From Octopus sinensis (taxonomy: Eukaryota): a stretch of 64,000 nucleotides of DNA. The notes under the pieces are model-generated. The model ran no database searches and was not told where the DNA came from. It saw nothing but the letters and a program-made list of their open reading frames with translations. Position 1 is the stretch's first letter; each line of letters opens with the position of its first letter. Positions 1 through 12,239 of the stretch are shown here, piece after piece. The DNA lies in contig NC_042997.1 of the NCBI RefSeq assembly GCF_006345805.1, positions 74,772,001 through 74,836,000 of the forward strand. The letters are read 5' to 3'. A program made the position numbers and the translations under genes.

Positions 1-555
1 CTCTCTAGTGATATAAACAAAAGGGCATTTTGTTTCTTTCTGATTTGTTCATGTCCTCTGCATTAAAGGCCCATGTTTCACTACCAGGAAGCATTGCAAT
101 TCTAACACAAGCATCATATAGTCTACCTTTCACTCTGAGAGGAAAGATGCTTGTTACCAGCAGTGATAGTAGCTCCCTGAACTTTTCTCAACCCATTCTT
201 ACTCTGGCTACTATGCTTTCAGAACAGCCATTTCCCTTGCTAATTATATCTCCTGAGTAACAAAGGCTATCAATTACTTTTAGTGAACCATCTTGGCATT
301 TAAGAGACTTACAAATGAACACTACATTTTTAGATAGTCTGCCAGTCATTCCACTACATCACTTGTGTGTCCACAGCTTACAGTATATGGAGTTTATACC
401 TACTCCTTTTCTGCATATCAAGCAAGGCCATTTCCCTAAAGATACTAGGACCCTGTCTCCTTTCCTATTTACTAAAAGCTTTGACTTTACTAGGTTTATT
501 GCAGGGCCTCTCAATTCCAGGTTTAATTTCCATTCTTTATTTGTGAATTAAGGCT
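1..555 (-). mobile_element. RTE-clade LINE fragment (post-RT C-terminal region), degenerate
   Basis: Minus-strand reading gives GKWPCLICRKGVGINSI and RVKGRLYDACVRIAML(P)GSETWA, the same motifs as the larger RTE copies at 17-20, 27-30 and 56-59 kb. Confidence 0.8.
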
Positions 556-1042
556 ACCATTGGTTTCATGTTAATGAAAGTAGGAAAATATCCTAGTATC
601 ATAACAATTTTTCAAGTTGATCACAACCAGATTAAAAACACCACACCCAGAACAAAAACAAAATAATGCAAACAAATTTACCATACAACAATTTGCCCAT
701 AAGACAAATCCAAGCGAGACAAACATTCAAAAGATGCCACCTAATGGTAACGTCCCTTGATTAGTGTTTTGTTCATGTGAACTCATGAGAATCTCTGCGA
801 ACTACACAAGGCTGCATTTTCTAAAATGGAGGTGAACATCTTTCTCCATGTGATTGGCTTGAAAAATTGTCGAGACACTAGGATATTTTACTACTTTTCT
901 TGATATGAAACCAACGGTAGCCTTAATTCAAAAATAAAGAAATTATAACCCCCAATGCAGGATTGAGTACTCATTTTCATCGCTCTGCATTTACATATAT
1001 ATATATGTGTGTGTTGATAAAGAGATTTAAATATCACCTTAC

Positions 1043-1308
1043 TTGTGATGAAGACTTTTAAATTTAGCTATGAAGTATGTTATCCTTGTCTTCATCTGTT
1101 CAGCCCATTTTAAACTTCCAGATACCTTTGGCATAAACTTTGGGAGGATAATTCCTTGTTTTCCATTGTGGTACTTCATTTGCTCTTTGTACATGATGTC
1201 CAAGGTATCAAGTTCTTTATTCATATATTCAGTTATTGATTTGTATTTACAATCAAATAAATTTTTAATCAAAGGCCGTTCCAAGAGATTAATCATCATT
1301 TCTATAAT
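1043..1308 (-). CDS. Axonemal dynein heavy chain (outer-arm beta type, DNAH9/11/17-like) exon, N-terminal tail region
   Basis: tttcag acceptor then IIEMMINLLERPLIKNLF...PKVSGSLKWAEQMKTRI...HH, then GTAAG donor. The phase-0 acceptor matches the donor at 2425. Confidence 0.85.
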
Positions 1309-1389
1309 CTGAAATCAAAAATGTATTGCAGTCAAAATAATGCAAGTTTTATTAACTGTATTACTTTGGAATGTATATTTTGTTTTTAA

Positions 1390-1602
1390 GGCAGCAAGCT
1401 GGCAGAATTATTAGCAGGCCAGACAAAATGCTTAGTGGCATTTTGTCCGTCTATATGTTCTAAGTTCAAATTCTGTTGTGTTTGACTTCACCATTCATCT
1501 TTTTGAAGTTGATAAAATAAGTACCATTTGAGCATTGGAGTCAATGTAATTGGCTTACCCACTCCCCTGAACTTGCTGGCCTTGTGTCAAAATTTGAAAC
1601 CA
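1390..1602 (+). mobile_element. tRNA-derived SINE (GGCAGCAAGCTGGCAGAA family)
   Basis: A-box-like GCTGGCAGAA at the start, B-box-like GTTCAAATTC, typical SINE length. Confidence 0.7.
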
Positions 1603-2424
1603 ATACATATATTGCTTTTTTTGCTGATAGATACAATTTGTGCAGACTTATAGTACAAAAGTAGACATTCAACTATCTGTAGGCAACCTACACATTTAGA
1701 ACATCAAATGTGCAAAACTTTAATCTGATCTGAGAACATAAGATAGTCTACCAAGTTATGTTCACTTATGTAGGTTGCAGAGTGGATATGTTTGTTCCAG
1801 TTTTCTTTTCATACAACTTTTTATATAGGCAGGCAACATGGAATCAGTTTATATGGTCAATTAATTCAAATGCAATAACTTTGAAGCACATTTTATTGTT
1901 AACATGTTTTAGCTTGACAGAGTGTCAGAATGCCAAGTTGGTAGCCTTACATGCAGGATTCCATTTCATCAGTAAATCTTAACAGAATCAATCTGCTGAT
2001 TTATCATGATGATATAACTAGATTTACTTCCAAGTAGTTAAGGTTAATAATCAAATCCACTAAGCCAGAGAGAAAGGAAGAGAGAATGAAAGCTGGATAT
2101 TTTATTGTTTCAAGTTTAGTACTTCAAATTATTTCAGTTTATATCTTTGATAATGTTCTCTTAAATGCCAATGAAAATTACTTTGAAAGAATTAAGACTT
2201 GGAAAGAACATTTTAGAATAAATATGAGAACAGATTAAACAACATGGAATGGAGATATATGATTAAAACATACAACTGGAAAATTATAATAAGAGTCTTT
2301 TCTTTACAGCACTAAATCTATGGTTTTATGCAATTCTGCTTTTAAAATCCAGCAAATTAAATATAAACAATTCTGAAAAAAAAAAAAAAAACATGGAAAA
2401 CAAATGATAGCTACCAACTATTAC

Positions 2425-2541
2425 CTTGAAATATGCATCAAGTTCACCACATTCATCAAAGGCTCTGCAAATAATTGTTGCAAGGCGATGATCAAATTCA
2501 GAAATTTTTTTCCGGAATGCATTATAGTCATCCATAAATTC
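2425..2541 (-). CDS. Dynein heavy chain exon
   Basis: cttaag acceptor then EFMDDYNAFRKKISEFDHRLATIICRAFDECGELDAYFK, then GTAAT donor. Matches the D-x-RLxTI-x2-AFDD motif of beta-type axonemal dyneins; phase 0/0. Confidence 0.9.
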
Positions 2542-3414
2542 CTTAAGAAAAAAAATTTCTTCAGTATATGGAAAGTGTTTATGTAGAATTAAAAAAAAAA
2601 AATATTACTTATTATCATTAATGATATGGTAACAATTCTTTTTTATTAATGGTTGATCTTGGAGGATTAAACAGTATTTTCAGCAGTTTCAAGCTTTTTT
2701 TAAATTGAGTGATAGGGAACAGCTTATGTTCAGTTGTCAGAAGAACTGAGTTAAGAATAGAGTGCCAGTGCTATGTAGTAATGCCAGAAAATTTGAGCAG
2801 TGTTTAGTAGCATTAGATGGAACTCAGTAGGAGACACACTGACTATATTTGAGTGGTGATAGTGGTACACAGTTGATAAGAGTAAAGGAACAATAGAAAA
2901 GACACTGAGGGCACAATGCAACAAAATACTAAGTAATATTCGTTACATATTGTTGATTGAGTGAAAGATTTGTCATTAGACAGATGATATTTTAGGGATA
3001 TATTTCAGAATATGTGTGTGTGCATCTTTATATATGTGTATTATTCACTCCTCAAGACATGAGAGAAGTTGTGTAGGTTAATGTTTTTAGAGAAAATGTA
3101 GCCAGTAAAGGAATTCTAGAAGACTGTACCCTGAGAAAGAATGACTGAACAAACTGTGTGGTGCTGAAGCTGAACAGTGAAGCGAATAGGTGTCATGAGA
3201 GAGAAGTGGGTGTGTCAGGTGGGTCAAGGAAGAAGTGACATATAATTTGCTAGTTTAGAGGAATAGAACCCATTGTAGAAATGGTAAAAGAGGCAGAGAA
3301 AATTAGAAGCAAATGTGTAAGCTTAATGGCAAGTGAGCCTTTGTCAATAAGTCAAATGGCCAATTTTTGCTTTCATTTAGGATTTTTGAGTGCACAGATG
3401 CAGTACCATCACAG

Positions 3415-4150
3415 ATATGACATTACCAACTGTCACTCAGGTGTTTGTATCAGGTTGGATTTCTTATTTTGGTACACCTGCAATAATTACAACTGACAGA
3501 GGTCAGCAATTTGAAACCCAACTTTTTTATGATCTGACATAAATCTGAGAATCCAGGTATAGCCACACCAAAGCTACCATCCTGCCTCAAATGGATGCAT
3601 CAAGTGATTTCATAACCAAGTAATAGCATCTTTGCATGCATATCCTGACCAACAGAAATGGACAGAATATTTGCCCATTGTTCTTGGTCTTCGTTCTGCT
3701 GTTAAAACAGACATTGGTTTTTCCCCAGCAGAATTGTTGTTTGGATCACCTTTATCATTACCTGGTCACATGATCACTCCAGTTTCTTCGCATTCACCAG
3801 ATTAATCAAGCTATGTGGATCGTCTTAGACATTACATAGAGACTTTGCCTCCCACCATCACAAGACAGCAATCCACTAAATCCTATGTTTTCATGAGGAA
3901 TGATGCGGTTAGCCATCCATTAACCCCTCCATACCAAGGACCTTATTGAGTGTTATCTCATGCAGATAGATGCGTTACTATTGACTATAAAGGTGTGAAA
4001 GACACTGTCAGTGTAGATAGACTAAAAATGGCCTACATAGACACAACTGTTCCCACTCCCATTACACATAATGCATGCACTGCACAACAGACACAGCCCA
4101 TACAACAAACTTCAAATTCGCCCTCCATAACAACTAGGGGTCAGACGAAG
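3415..4150 (+). mobile_element. Gypsy LTR-retrotransposon integrase relic
   Basis: WISYFGTPAIITTDRGQQFE, YHPASNG, GFSPAELLFG, PPYQGPY and DTVSVDRLK motifs, with stops and frameshifts. Confidence 0.9.
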
Positions 4151-4435
4151 AGTGCATTGCCCCAAAAAATTGACTCAGACTTAGTATATCTAAAGGAACA
4201 TTGAATGAACTCTTTTCTTGAATTGTGATATTTTGTTTTCATGCCATTTTCATTGTTTATGCATGCTATTTCCATCGTTGTGCTTGCACCCTATTTTTGT
4301 TGTCATATTGTTACATATTACATTTTCTTTGGTTCATTATTTTGTACCTTAAAGGCTTCCGGCATGTTTTGCACTGTAGATACATATTCTTTCATCTCCC
4401 ATTGTTGCCATAGATCTATGACTGCCAAAGGAGTC

Positions 4436-4811
4436 TGTAGCGCACTCGTCGTGCCTGCTTGGATTATCTCAGGGTTAAACATAAAAGGCCTAGAAAGGAT
4501 GAAGCAGGCAGCCACAATGCATGTGAAAAACACAACAGCCCTTAACAGAAGTTGTGAAAGGCATATACGGAGCCAAATTGACAGGACTCTTCTTCTTTTC
4601 CCTTTTGGGCTGTCAGCTCACCAACTGCCCACAGCTAGGACTGCTAGCTCTCTTTCTTTGCTTCAGCACCCTACACATGGTGGCATGATACCTCTCTCAC
4701 AGTAGGTACTTTCTGACAATATAGTCTCTCATTCTGTTTTTGTTTAAATGGTACATGCCAGAATGCCATGACATCTTGCAATGCATCTCCAGCAAAATAA
4801 AAATTGTTACA
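4436..4811 (+). mobile_element. Probable 3' LTR of the Gypsy relic
   Basis: TGTAGC...GTTACA termini, preceded by purine-rich AAAGGAG (PPT-like) and lying downstream of the integrase; a homologous inverted copy sits at 5974-6335. Confidence 0.6.
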
Positions 4812-4819
4812 ATTATATT

Positions 4820-5790
4820 TAGTGAGTGTTCATTCCTCATTTACACAAAGCCCACTCCTAATCAGCACATTGCCAGCCTAATAATAAAAAAAAACACCCA
4901 TATACTCACTAAATATCTAACTTCAGAGAATCTGCTTACCTACCAATCTTTAATCAAGATGGGTTTGCCCATTTTAATTTCAGTTCTGTGCTGCATATAC
5001 ATAATAAGTATCCTTTCAAACACTTCTCCACACAGTGTTACAAACTTGCTCCCTAATTTGCCAATTGTAATCATTTCATCCCAACAAGATGACTGATTCA
5101 AATAATGTCCTTCTTATTACTCTTTAGCAGTTTGCTCATATTCTCATTAAACTATGCTTTCTTTCTCTCTGAGCAGAGATCTGTAGCAATCTCTTGAAAC
5201 ACTATAGTGTACTTTAATCACAAGACAAGCAGTCTCTGTGATACTACTCACTACTACATTCAGTCTCTCCCATCTCTAGAATAGAAAGTTCCAGCCAGAT
5301 GATTTCACTTAATATATGCTGACCCACATTCTCTGGTGTATGATTCAGTTGCCTCTCCAATACTTTTCATATTGAATCATTTACTGATTGTTACCTCAAA
5401 TGACACATGTTTGTGTGGAAATAATACCACTTTCACTCTTTCTTAAACCTTCTAAACACAAGCATCTTCACATGCAACCTAGCCTTTTCATGTAGGCTTC
5501 CATGAACAGAGACCTAAAAATAAATTCCAATGTAAACATACAGGTCTAGTTTCCTTCAACAGCACCAAGACAATTGCCATACATATTCAGGAAATAATTT
5601 TGAAATACTAAACCATCTATGAGCATGAACAGCCTGAATCCCTCAAAGTTTCATGATTTCACAATTTCTGGAGATTTCCCTGGCACCCTCACAAATATAA
5701 CATTCAAAATTTGCTGCTGTAAAACTACACTTCCTCTTTAGGGTGAGAAATTATTTTGCCTCTGATTAGCCACTGATACGCATCTGAAAT
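4820..5790 (+). mobile_element. Highly degenerate CR1/L2-type LINE reverse transcriptase relic
   Basis: DSVASPILFILNHLL...NNTTF resembles QGSVLSPxLF...ADDTT; GLVSFNSTKT motif. Confidence 0.5.
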
Positions 5791-5970
5791 TCTCTTATCA
5801 CATTGATGTTGCCCGTGCTGCAGGTGGTGGCCACATTGAACACTTGTAAGACAGAAAATAAAAGTTGATTGCAAGTAAATACTTGTAACTTAGCTGGTGT
5901 TTTCTATTGCTTTTCCTTATTAAAATAGTGCATAATGAAATCAATTCATTCCTTTTGAATAACCCTGTAT
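5790..5970 (+). mobile_element. Tc1/mariner-type transposon 3' end
   Basis: Transposase C-terminus HIDVARAAGGGHIEHL* followed by a terminal sequence reading TA-CAGGGTTATTCAAAAGG on the minus strand. Confidence 0.6.
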
Positions 5971-5973
5971 AAC

Positions 5974-6335
5974 TGTAACGATTTTTATTTTGTTGGAGAT
6001 GCGTTGCAAGATGTTATGGCATTCTGGTATATACCGTTTAAACAAAAATAGAGCGAGTGAATATATTACTGTAAGAGAGGTATCGAGATACTAAGTGTAC
6101 GGCACTGAAGCAAAGAAAGAGAGCCAGCCGTTCTAGCTGTGAGCAGTTGGCAAGCTGACTGCCCAAAAGGGAAAGGAGGAAGAGTCATGTCAGTTTGGCT
6201 CCTTATATGCCTTTCACGACTTCTGTTAAGGATTGTTGTGTTTTGTTCATGCATTGTGGCTGCCTGCTTCATCCCTTCCGGGCCTTTTCTGTTTAACCCT
6301 GAGATAATCCAAGCAGACATGACAAGTACACCGCA
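5974..6335 (-). mobile_element. Second copy of the same LTR, inverted
   Basis: Aligns end to end by eye with 4436-4811 in reverse orientation; both copies give the same WIISGLN...KQAATMH reading. Confidence 0.65.
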
Positions 6336-6339
6336 GATC

Positions 6340-7000
6340 TTTGCAAGAAACCAGGAGACTTGAGAGCTGAGAGAATTTGTAAACCATGTAATGTACAAAG
6401 GTATCTTTTTGCATTCTTGTTGACTATCTATCATGCAGGTATTAGAAGACTTCCTCTCAAAGTGTTGTAAACAGTATTCTGTAATGTTGCAGCACAATAG
6501 AAAGTGATCTTGTTAGGGTTTATAAAAGCAAATTTGTGATGGAGATATAAAAGGACATATCTGAGAAGATACTACTGATTACATATTTAAATGTCTCAGG
6601 TGCACCACAGATAAGCAGTTTTGCTCTTAAGATTAGAAAGTACAGAAAAGATGGTGCTTCATCCAGTTAACAGGCTTAAAGCAGGAGTTCTTACAAGGTA
6701 AGATAGAAAGTAGTTCTTGCAAGGTAAGATGGTATAAAGTGAATTGCATTAAATGATCTATTGTAGACATAGATCAGAATAGCTGAGTAAAGGTAATATT
6801 TGGAGGCAAGATAGTGATCTAGTGTTTAGAGAGTCTGTGGACAAGTAAACATTGGAACTGGTGTAAACAATAAGATCAAGTAATTCTACCTCCATGTTGG
6901 TGTTGTCAGTGCAGAAAATGTGTTGAGGAATTATGTATGTTGATACCACTGAGAATGATACCTTCAGAGAAAAGTGAGTCATGCTAGTAATCCTCAATGC
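6340..7000 (-). mobile_element. Degenerate LINE AP-endonuclease/linker relic
   Basis: ILSGINIHNS resembles the xxGDFNxH motif; many stops. Confidence 0.35.
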
Positions 7001-7755
7001 TGGATGTGAAATAAAGCTGGAAACTGCTGGTAGTTGGAAGATTTAGGGTAATAGCAAATGCAGCAGATGAATTTAGAGAAAAGCAAATGAAAGAATTTGA
7101 GAAAAACTAGAAGCTTTTGTTCCTGATGTCCAAGTAAGTGGACTCTAGATAGTGTCAACACCACATTTAAAAAAAGTGGCTAAAATATTGAGTATAGCTT
7201 ATACAGCAGAGATATATAGGCTACACTCAATTATTAAGTATCAGGGTCAAACTTGAAGAATCCTAAGACTGATAGTACACTGTCTGGACTGGTCACATTC
7301 TCGACTTTATGTAAACATTACTCATACCTAGCTGTCGTGTGCACATGACAGTATGGAGAGGAATCTGATCAGTAAGCTTGCTGAGAAAATTTACAGCATA
7401 AACAGTAAAAAACATGATATTTCTTAAAATAATAATAATAAAAAGCAAGAACTTTTTAAAGAGTAAATTAATCTATTCAGTTATAATTTATCACCACACT
7501 GAATACAACTCCCATTAATATTCGTGTGTTGCATGACATATAGATTACACACATTTAATAACATATTCCTGTGTTACAGGCTTGCTCAAACAGAGCTCAT
7601 AGAAGTTTTCTTAACAGTATCCTATTTACATATGGAGTATAATTAGACATACACACACACACATTAAACTGTGGAATAATATGATTAGTAGTTTCATCTA
7701 AACCTATGATCTCTTAAGAAAAGCCAAACTAAATGCTTGTTTTTATATAATTCAC

Positions 7756-7923
7756 CTGATCATTCCAATCTGAGGTATCATAATTCTTGTCCTGGAATAC
7801 TTTGTACTCATTCTTGAATTCTGTAAAAATGTCTTCAACTTGCTTTGTAAGGCTCTTGCCATTAAGACCACCTATAACAATTTTTTCAAGTTTATTGAAT
7901 TCAGTGAATGTTTCCAAAAGTTT
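7756..7923 (-). CDS. Dynein heavy chain exon
   Basis: ctttcag acceptor then KLLETFTEFNKLEKIVIGGLNGKSLTKQVEDIFTEF...WNDQ, then GTGAAT donor. FxKLEKxxIGG motif; phase 0/0. Confidence 0.9.
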
Positions 7924-8442
7924 CTGAAAGATATAAGCAAAACAAAATTAAACAATTTTAATTGACATGTTTGTAGTTGAAAACAGACATGAAACAAATG
8001 ATTTGGAAGTATTTATCTATATTTATTATGTGTCTTTAGTCTACATTAATTTCTTTTGAGCTTTCACCTAATTATTTTTCCCATACCATTTTGGTAAATG
8101 AGCTAGCATGCAGTTGCTTGATGTATAAAGAATAACAGAAAATTTCTTACCATTTTTTAAAAAAATGGATTCACTGGATTATGCAGTCCAATGGTACAAG
8201 ATAATCATATGTGAAATGGTTTTGACCACAGGTCTACTATGCTATGTAGTCAACCTTCATGTCATGTCATGTCATGTCTACTTGCATCCCATTTACATTC
8301 AGTTTCTTCAGTTCATACTGTATATCAAATATTCATTATTAAAAATATTGATAAGTGTTATGGATGAGAGCTTATAATATCACTTATGCAACTGATCAAT
8401 GCTAAAGCATTTTCTGACTCTCAAGAAGCAGGTTATAACTAC

Positions 8443-8676
8443 CTTCAATAATAGGATCCTGTGGAAAAATTTGTCTAATTTTTCAAAAACTTCATCTGAA
8501 CTGAACTTCCACAAATCAGGTTCTTTGTCTTCCGGAAAATAAGTTGGCACCAACTCTTCAGCAAACAGATATGCTTCCTTAAAACTTCTTAAAATCTTTT
8601 CTGTGTCAACCACTTTCCACATATCTTCATCAGCCTCTCCTTTAAATAACTCAGTTGGTTCCAGGTAATTTCTTGC
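8443..8676 (-). CDS. Dynein heavy chain exon (5'-most exon recognised in the window)
   Basis: ARNYLEPTELFKGEADE...WKFSSDEVFEKLDKFFHRILLLK then GTAGTT donor. Acceptor taken as aatcag at 8677; an alternative in-frame acceptor lies about 42 nt upstream (ttttattaag). Confidence 0.8.
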
Positions 8677-9110
8677 CTGATTTTGCAAATATAGATCAGC
8701 AGTTAATAATTTTAGTTTCTTAATAAAAAAAATATAAGTAAGCAAACATACACCTATGAATATACAAAATAGCTGTTAAATGACACATCTCCAACAAATG
8801 GAGTCACTTCATACAAAGGTTTGACAGTTATAGGTATATCAAGTGTCGAAAATTTGCCATCATACGCAATTTCCTTGACTTTAGTCAAGTTAAGGAAAGC
8901 ATTCAAATCTCTACAGTTGTTTTGCTTAAGTTGGAAGCTAAGTTGCTAAAGGGTTATGGCAGATTCTGAGGAGAATTTAGGTGCATGTAACTACTGATAA
9001 ATCATCAACAAAACTTTTTGAAAGTTCATCATCAACTAAAGTAGCTTTATTTTGTGGCATGTAACTTGGTAAATGCTTATGCTGAAAGACAGTGGGTAAG
9101 GATGTAAGGA

Positions 9111-9149
<39 letters not shown>

Positions 9150-9362
9150 GTTATGAGAGGTAATGGTGTCAAGAAGACCCAAAGGTGTCAGGTAATGCTA
9201 AGTACGTGCTATGGACAGACTATAGTTATGCTCCAAGTTCGGTGATTATGCGAATGAGGAGTCCAACATAGGTCATATATCAGCAAGTGTATATATAAAA
9301 AATAATAGAATGAGATAAAAATCCAAGGCTGTGAAAAATTTCAGAACATTTATATATAGAAG

Positions 9363-9410
9363 GTCTTACAGCTGTTTTCGGGATATCTTATATATCCCTT
9401 CATCGGAGAC
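9363..9410 (-). ncRNA. Type-I hammerhead ribozyme motif, U4C core
   Basis: GUCU-CCGAUGA-A-GGGAUA(UAUAAGA)UAUCCC-GAAA-ACAGCUGU-A-AGAC: stem I GUCU/AGAC, 6-bp stem II, palindromic stem III, GUA site, one extra A in the GAAA run. Confidence 0.75.
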
Positions 9411-9586
9411 GGTGTGAGAAAATGGCTAAGCAATAGTTATTCTAGATAAGATATGAAATAGAGAGTGAAGTGGAGGAATGAAAATAGAGGTGAGATATGC
9501 AGGGATATTGTATCTTCAATTCCATTATTTAGGCAGAATGGTATACATATAAGATTCCTGTACCTTGTGATTAAGTTCCAATAGTA

Positions 9587-11649
9587 CCGTATTTTCCGCA
9601 CTATAAGGCACACCGGATTATAAGGTGCACCTTCAATGAATGGCCTATTTTAAAACTTTGTCCATATATAAGACGCACCGCATTATAAGGCGCATAGAAT
9701 AGACGCTACAGTAGAGGCTGGGGTTACGTTATGCATCCATTAGATGGAGCTGTGCTGAAAGGAATGTCAACAAAACAGTTGGATAGGTCAGTCAAACTTT
9801 ATTAATAGATTACAAACCAGCGTTCTGACAACTCCGTTCACTCCCAAAATGAATAAACAGCTGTTTTATTATTTTCCCCGAGGTAAAGTCAGTGACGTGG
9901 TATTTTGTTTATTTTCTAACAACAGCAAGGTATAACATGTAGTGCAACATTTAGATCACATAGTGGAGGGGAACTTTTCCTCGATTCAATAAGCACGTAA
10001 AAAACAGTCTGATACAGTTACAGTAAATTAAACGTTAGTGCAATCACAATATAGTAACACTCGAAATAGTGCAAAGCAATAAAAAATATCAATAACTTAA
10101 CGTTGCTCAAACGTTAATGTCACACAACACAACACACAAAATAAACATATAAAGCTCACTTTATTAAGTTATTCCTCATTCACGAATCCCTCGAATTCTT
10201 CTTCTTCAGTGTCCGAATTAAACAGTTGGGCGAATACGGGCTCTGTCTCGTCAAAGTCATCATTAATCGAGTCAGTGTCGCTGATGTTGTCTAGCAGTTC
10301 AGTGACAATTCCTGCCTTCCTGAAAGCTCAGACAGTTGAGACTGATATATCAGCCCAGGCATTTACGATCCATTGGCAGATAGTGGCGTATGTCATTCGG
10401 CACTGTCTCCCTGTCATGGTAAAAGTGTGTTCGCCTTCTGTCATCCACTGTTCCCACGCAGTTCGCAGTCTAGCTTTGAATGCCCTGTTGACACCAATAT
10501 CTAGCGGCTGGAGTTCTTTTGTCAATCCACCTAGAATGACGGCGAGTATTGAATTCGTGTGCTTCACATGTTTTTTGATATTTGTGATATGGGAGCGCAT
10601 GGAGTCGTAGATCAAAAGGGACGGAGCTGTGTGAAAAAAGCCACCCAGTCTCTTCACGTAAATTTCTTTCAACCACTCGCTCATCTTTTCGTCATCCATC
10701 CATCCCTTTGAGTTAGCTTTGATGATGACGCCAGCTGGAAAGTTTTCTTTTGGCAAGGTCTTCCTCTTGAAAATAACCATGGGTGGAAGTTTCTGGCCAT
10801 TAGCTTGGCAAGCGAGAACTACAGTGAAGGATGACTTCTCATTTCCTGTGGTGCGAACATTTACCGTACGTGCTCCCGTTTTTTCCACAGTGCGGTTTAC
10901 AGGAATATCAAAGGTGAGTGGAACCTCGTCCATGTTGATGATGTGCTCTGGCCGGATCTTTTTTTCAGTAATCTTGTTTTTGCAAAATGCGCGAAAAGTG
11001 ACCAGCTTTTCTTGCGAATGGAGAGATTACATCTTTGCATAAACCAAAAGCACCAAGAAGGACCGCCTTTAAATTCATTAATGTTAAGTTCGCTTGCTAG
11101 CGCTGTTGCCTTCGTTCGAATAGTGATTGTACTGACACTTCTACCTGCTGCTCTCTGTTCAACAACCCTCTGTTCGAGTTTGTTCTCCAACTGTGGCCAT
11201 CTCGCTTTGTTCCCTCGGAAACTCTTTTTAGTCTTCTTTACTTGGCTCAGGTCATCTTGTTGCTTCCTCCACTTCCGCACCATTGATTCATTAATGTTAA
11301 ATTCTCTCGCTGCTGCTCTATTCCCGTGTTCTACTGCGTGACTGATCGCCTTGAGTTTAAACTCTGCGCCGTAGGCGTGTCTCTTAATAGGAGCCATTTT
11401 GGGGTCTCTACATAAACACACAAATGGAAATGAAACGGCACACCTCGCGCAGTCATATATCCCACCATGCACCGCACGCTTCTTCTACGAGGGAAAATGA
11501 AGTCGACGGCTGCTTACCGTAGTTTCGAGACCTGTTGTGGCTCAATATTGGTCCACATATAAGGCACACCGGATTATAAGGCTTTTGATTATAAGGCTTT
11601 TGAGAAAATTGAAGGTTTTTAGGTGCGCCTTATAGTGCGGCAAATACAG
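9587..11649 (-). mobile_element. pogo-superfamily DNA transposon (POGK/Passer-like), 2063 bp with both TIRs
   Basis: TA|CCGTATTTTCCGCACTATAAGGC ... GCCTTATAGTGCGGCAAATACAG|TA, with internal repeated CACCGGATTATAAGG motifs. Confidence 0.95.
10169..11397 (-). pseudogene. pogo transposase (Brinker-like DBD + CENP-B HTH + DDE), disrupted
   Basis: MAPIKRHAY...NRAAAREFNINESMVRKWRK; NMDEVPL, LLIYDSM and LQPLDIGVN catalytic motifs; frameshift near 11040 and a stop near 10328. Confidence 0.95.
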
Positions 11650-12239
11650 TATTTAAAATTGGTCATTCCAAGCATAGAGTTTGTAAATAGTGTTATTGAA
11701 TAGAAGTCTTTTTTCGAAGTGACTTAAAAGTTGGGAATGTGTTTATAAGGTCACATCAAAAACAGGAAGAGAGGAAAAAAGAAAGGAAAAAAAAGAAAAA
11801 GGAAGGTGGGGAGAGAGATAGTAGAGAAATGAAGAGAGGGAAAGTGTACTGGTTAGTGGTCAGTCAGTATAAATTGATAGAAGGAATGTGGAGGTGAGGG
11901 TGATAGAGAGACAAAGATATGAGATTGTAAAGAGATGAGAGTATAAAGAGTAAAGGAGTGTAAGGGAGAAGAAATGGGAGGTGAGGGTGATATAGAGATA
12001 AAGATATGAAAGATGAGAGGGTAAATAGTAAAGGAGTGTCAGGTATGTAGTGATAGAGCCTAAGTGAGGAGCAGAGAGAGGGAGTAGGGGTAGTAAAATA
12101 GTGGAATTAAAAATTTGGGAATATAGGTTAGGTTACTTAGAGGACAGGTCAGTGCTTTGTAGTGGAAGAATATATATATGTAAAAATGTATACACATGAA
12201 TATAGAGTACCCATTGTTATTTAAATGTGAATTTAATCA

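Larger units (their letters stand above)
9127..12180 (-). mobile_element. Penelope-like element 3'/pseudo-LTR fragment split by the pogo insertion
   Basis: Carries an HHR at 9363-9410, starts at a (TA)n tract, and the sequence resumes after the TA target duplication at 11650. Confidence 0.55.

Noticed and set aside
1880-1975. Minus-strand CUGAUGA with a distant AAAACAUGUU palindrome
   Set aside because: G12 is absent, the stem I register fails and stem II is unconvincing.
4241-4705. 154-aa ORF whose frame is also open in the inverted copy (6066-6497)
   Set aside because: Falls within the LTR; no recognisable domain; the shared open frame is explained by homology.
8760-9100. Minus-strand open stretch after a good-looking acceptor (ctgtctttcag), considered as a dynein exon
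   Set aside because: Translation (SFVDDLSVV...FLNLTKVKEI) fits a decayed LINE RT rather than dynein and contains stops.
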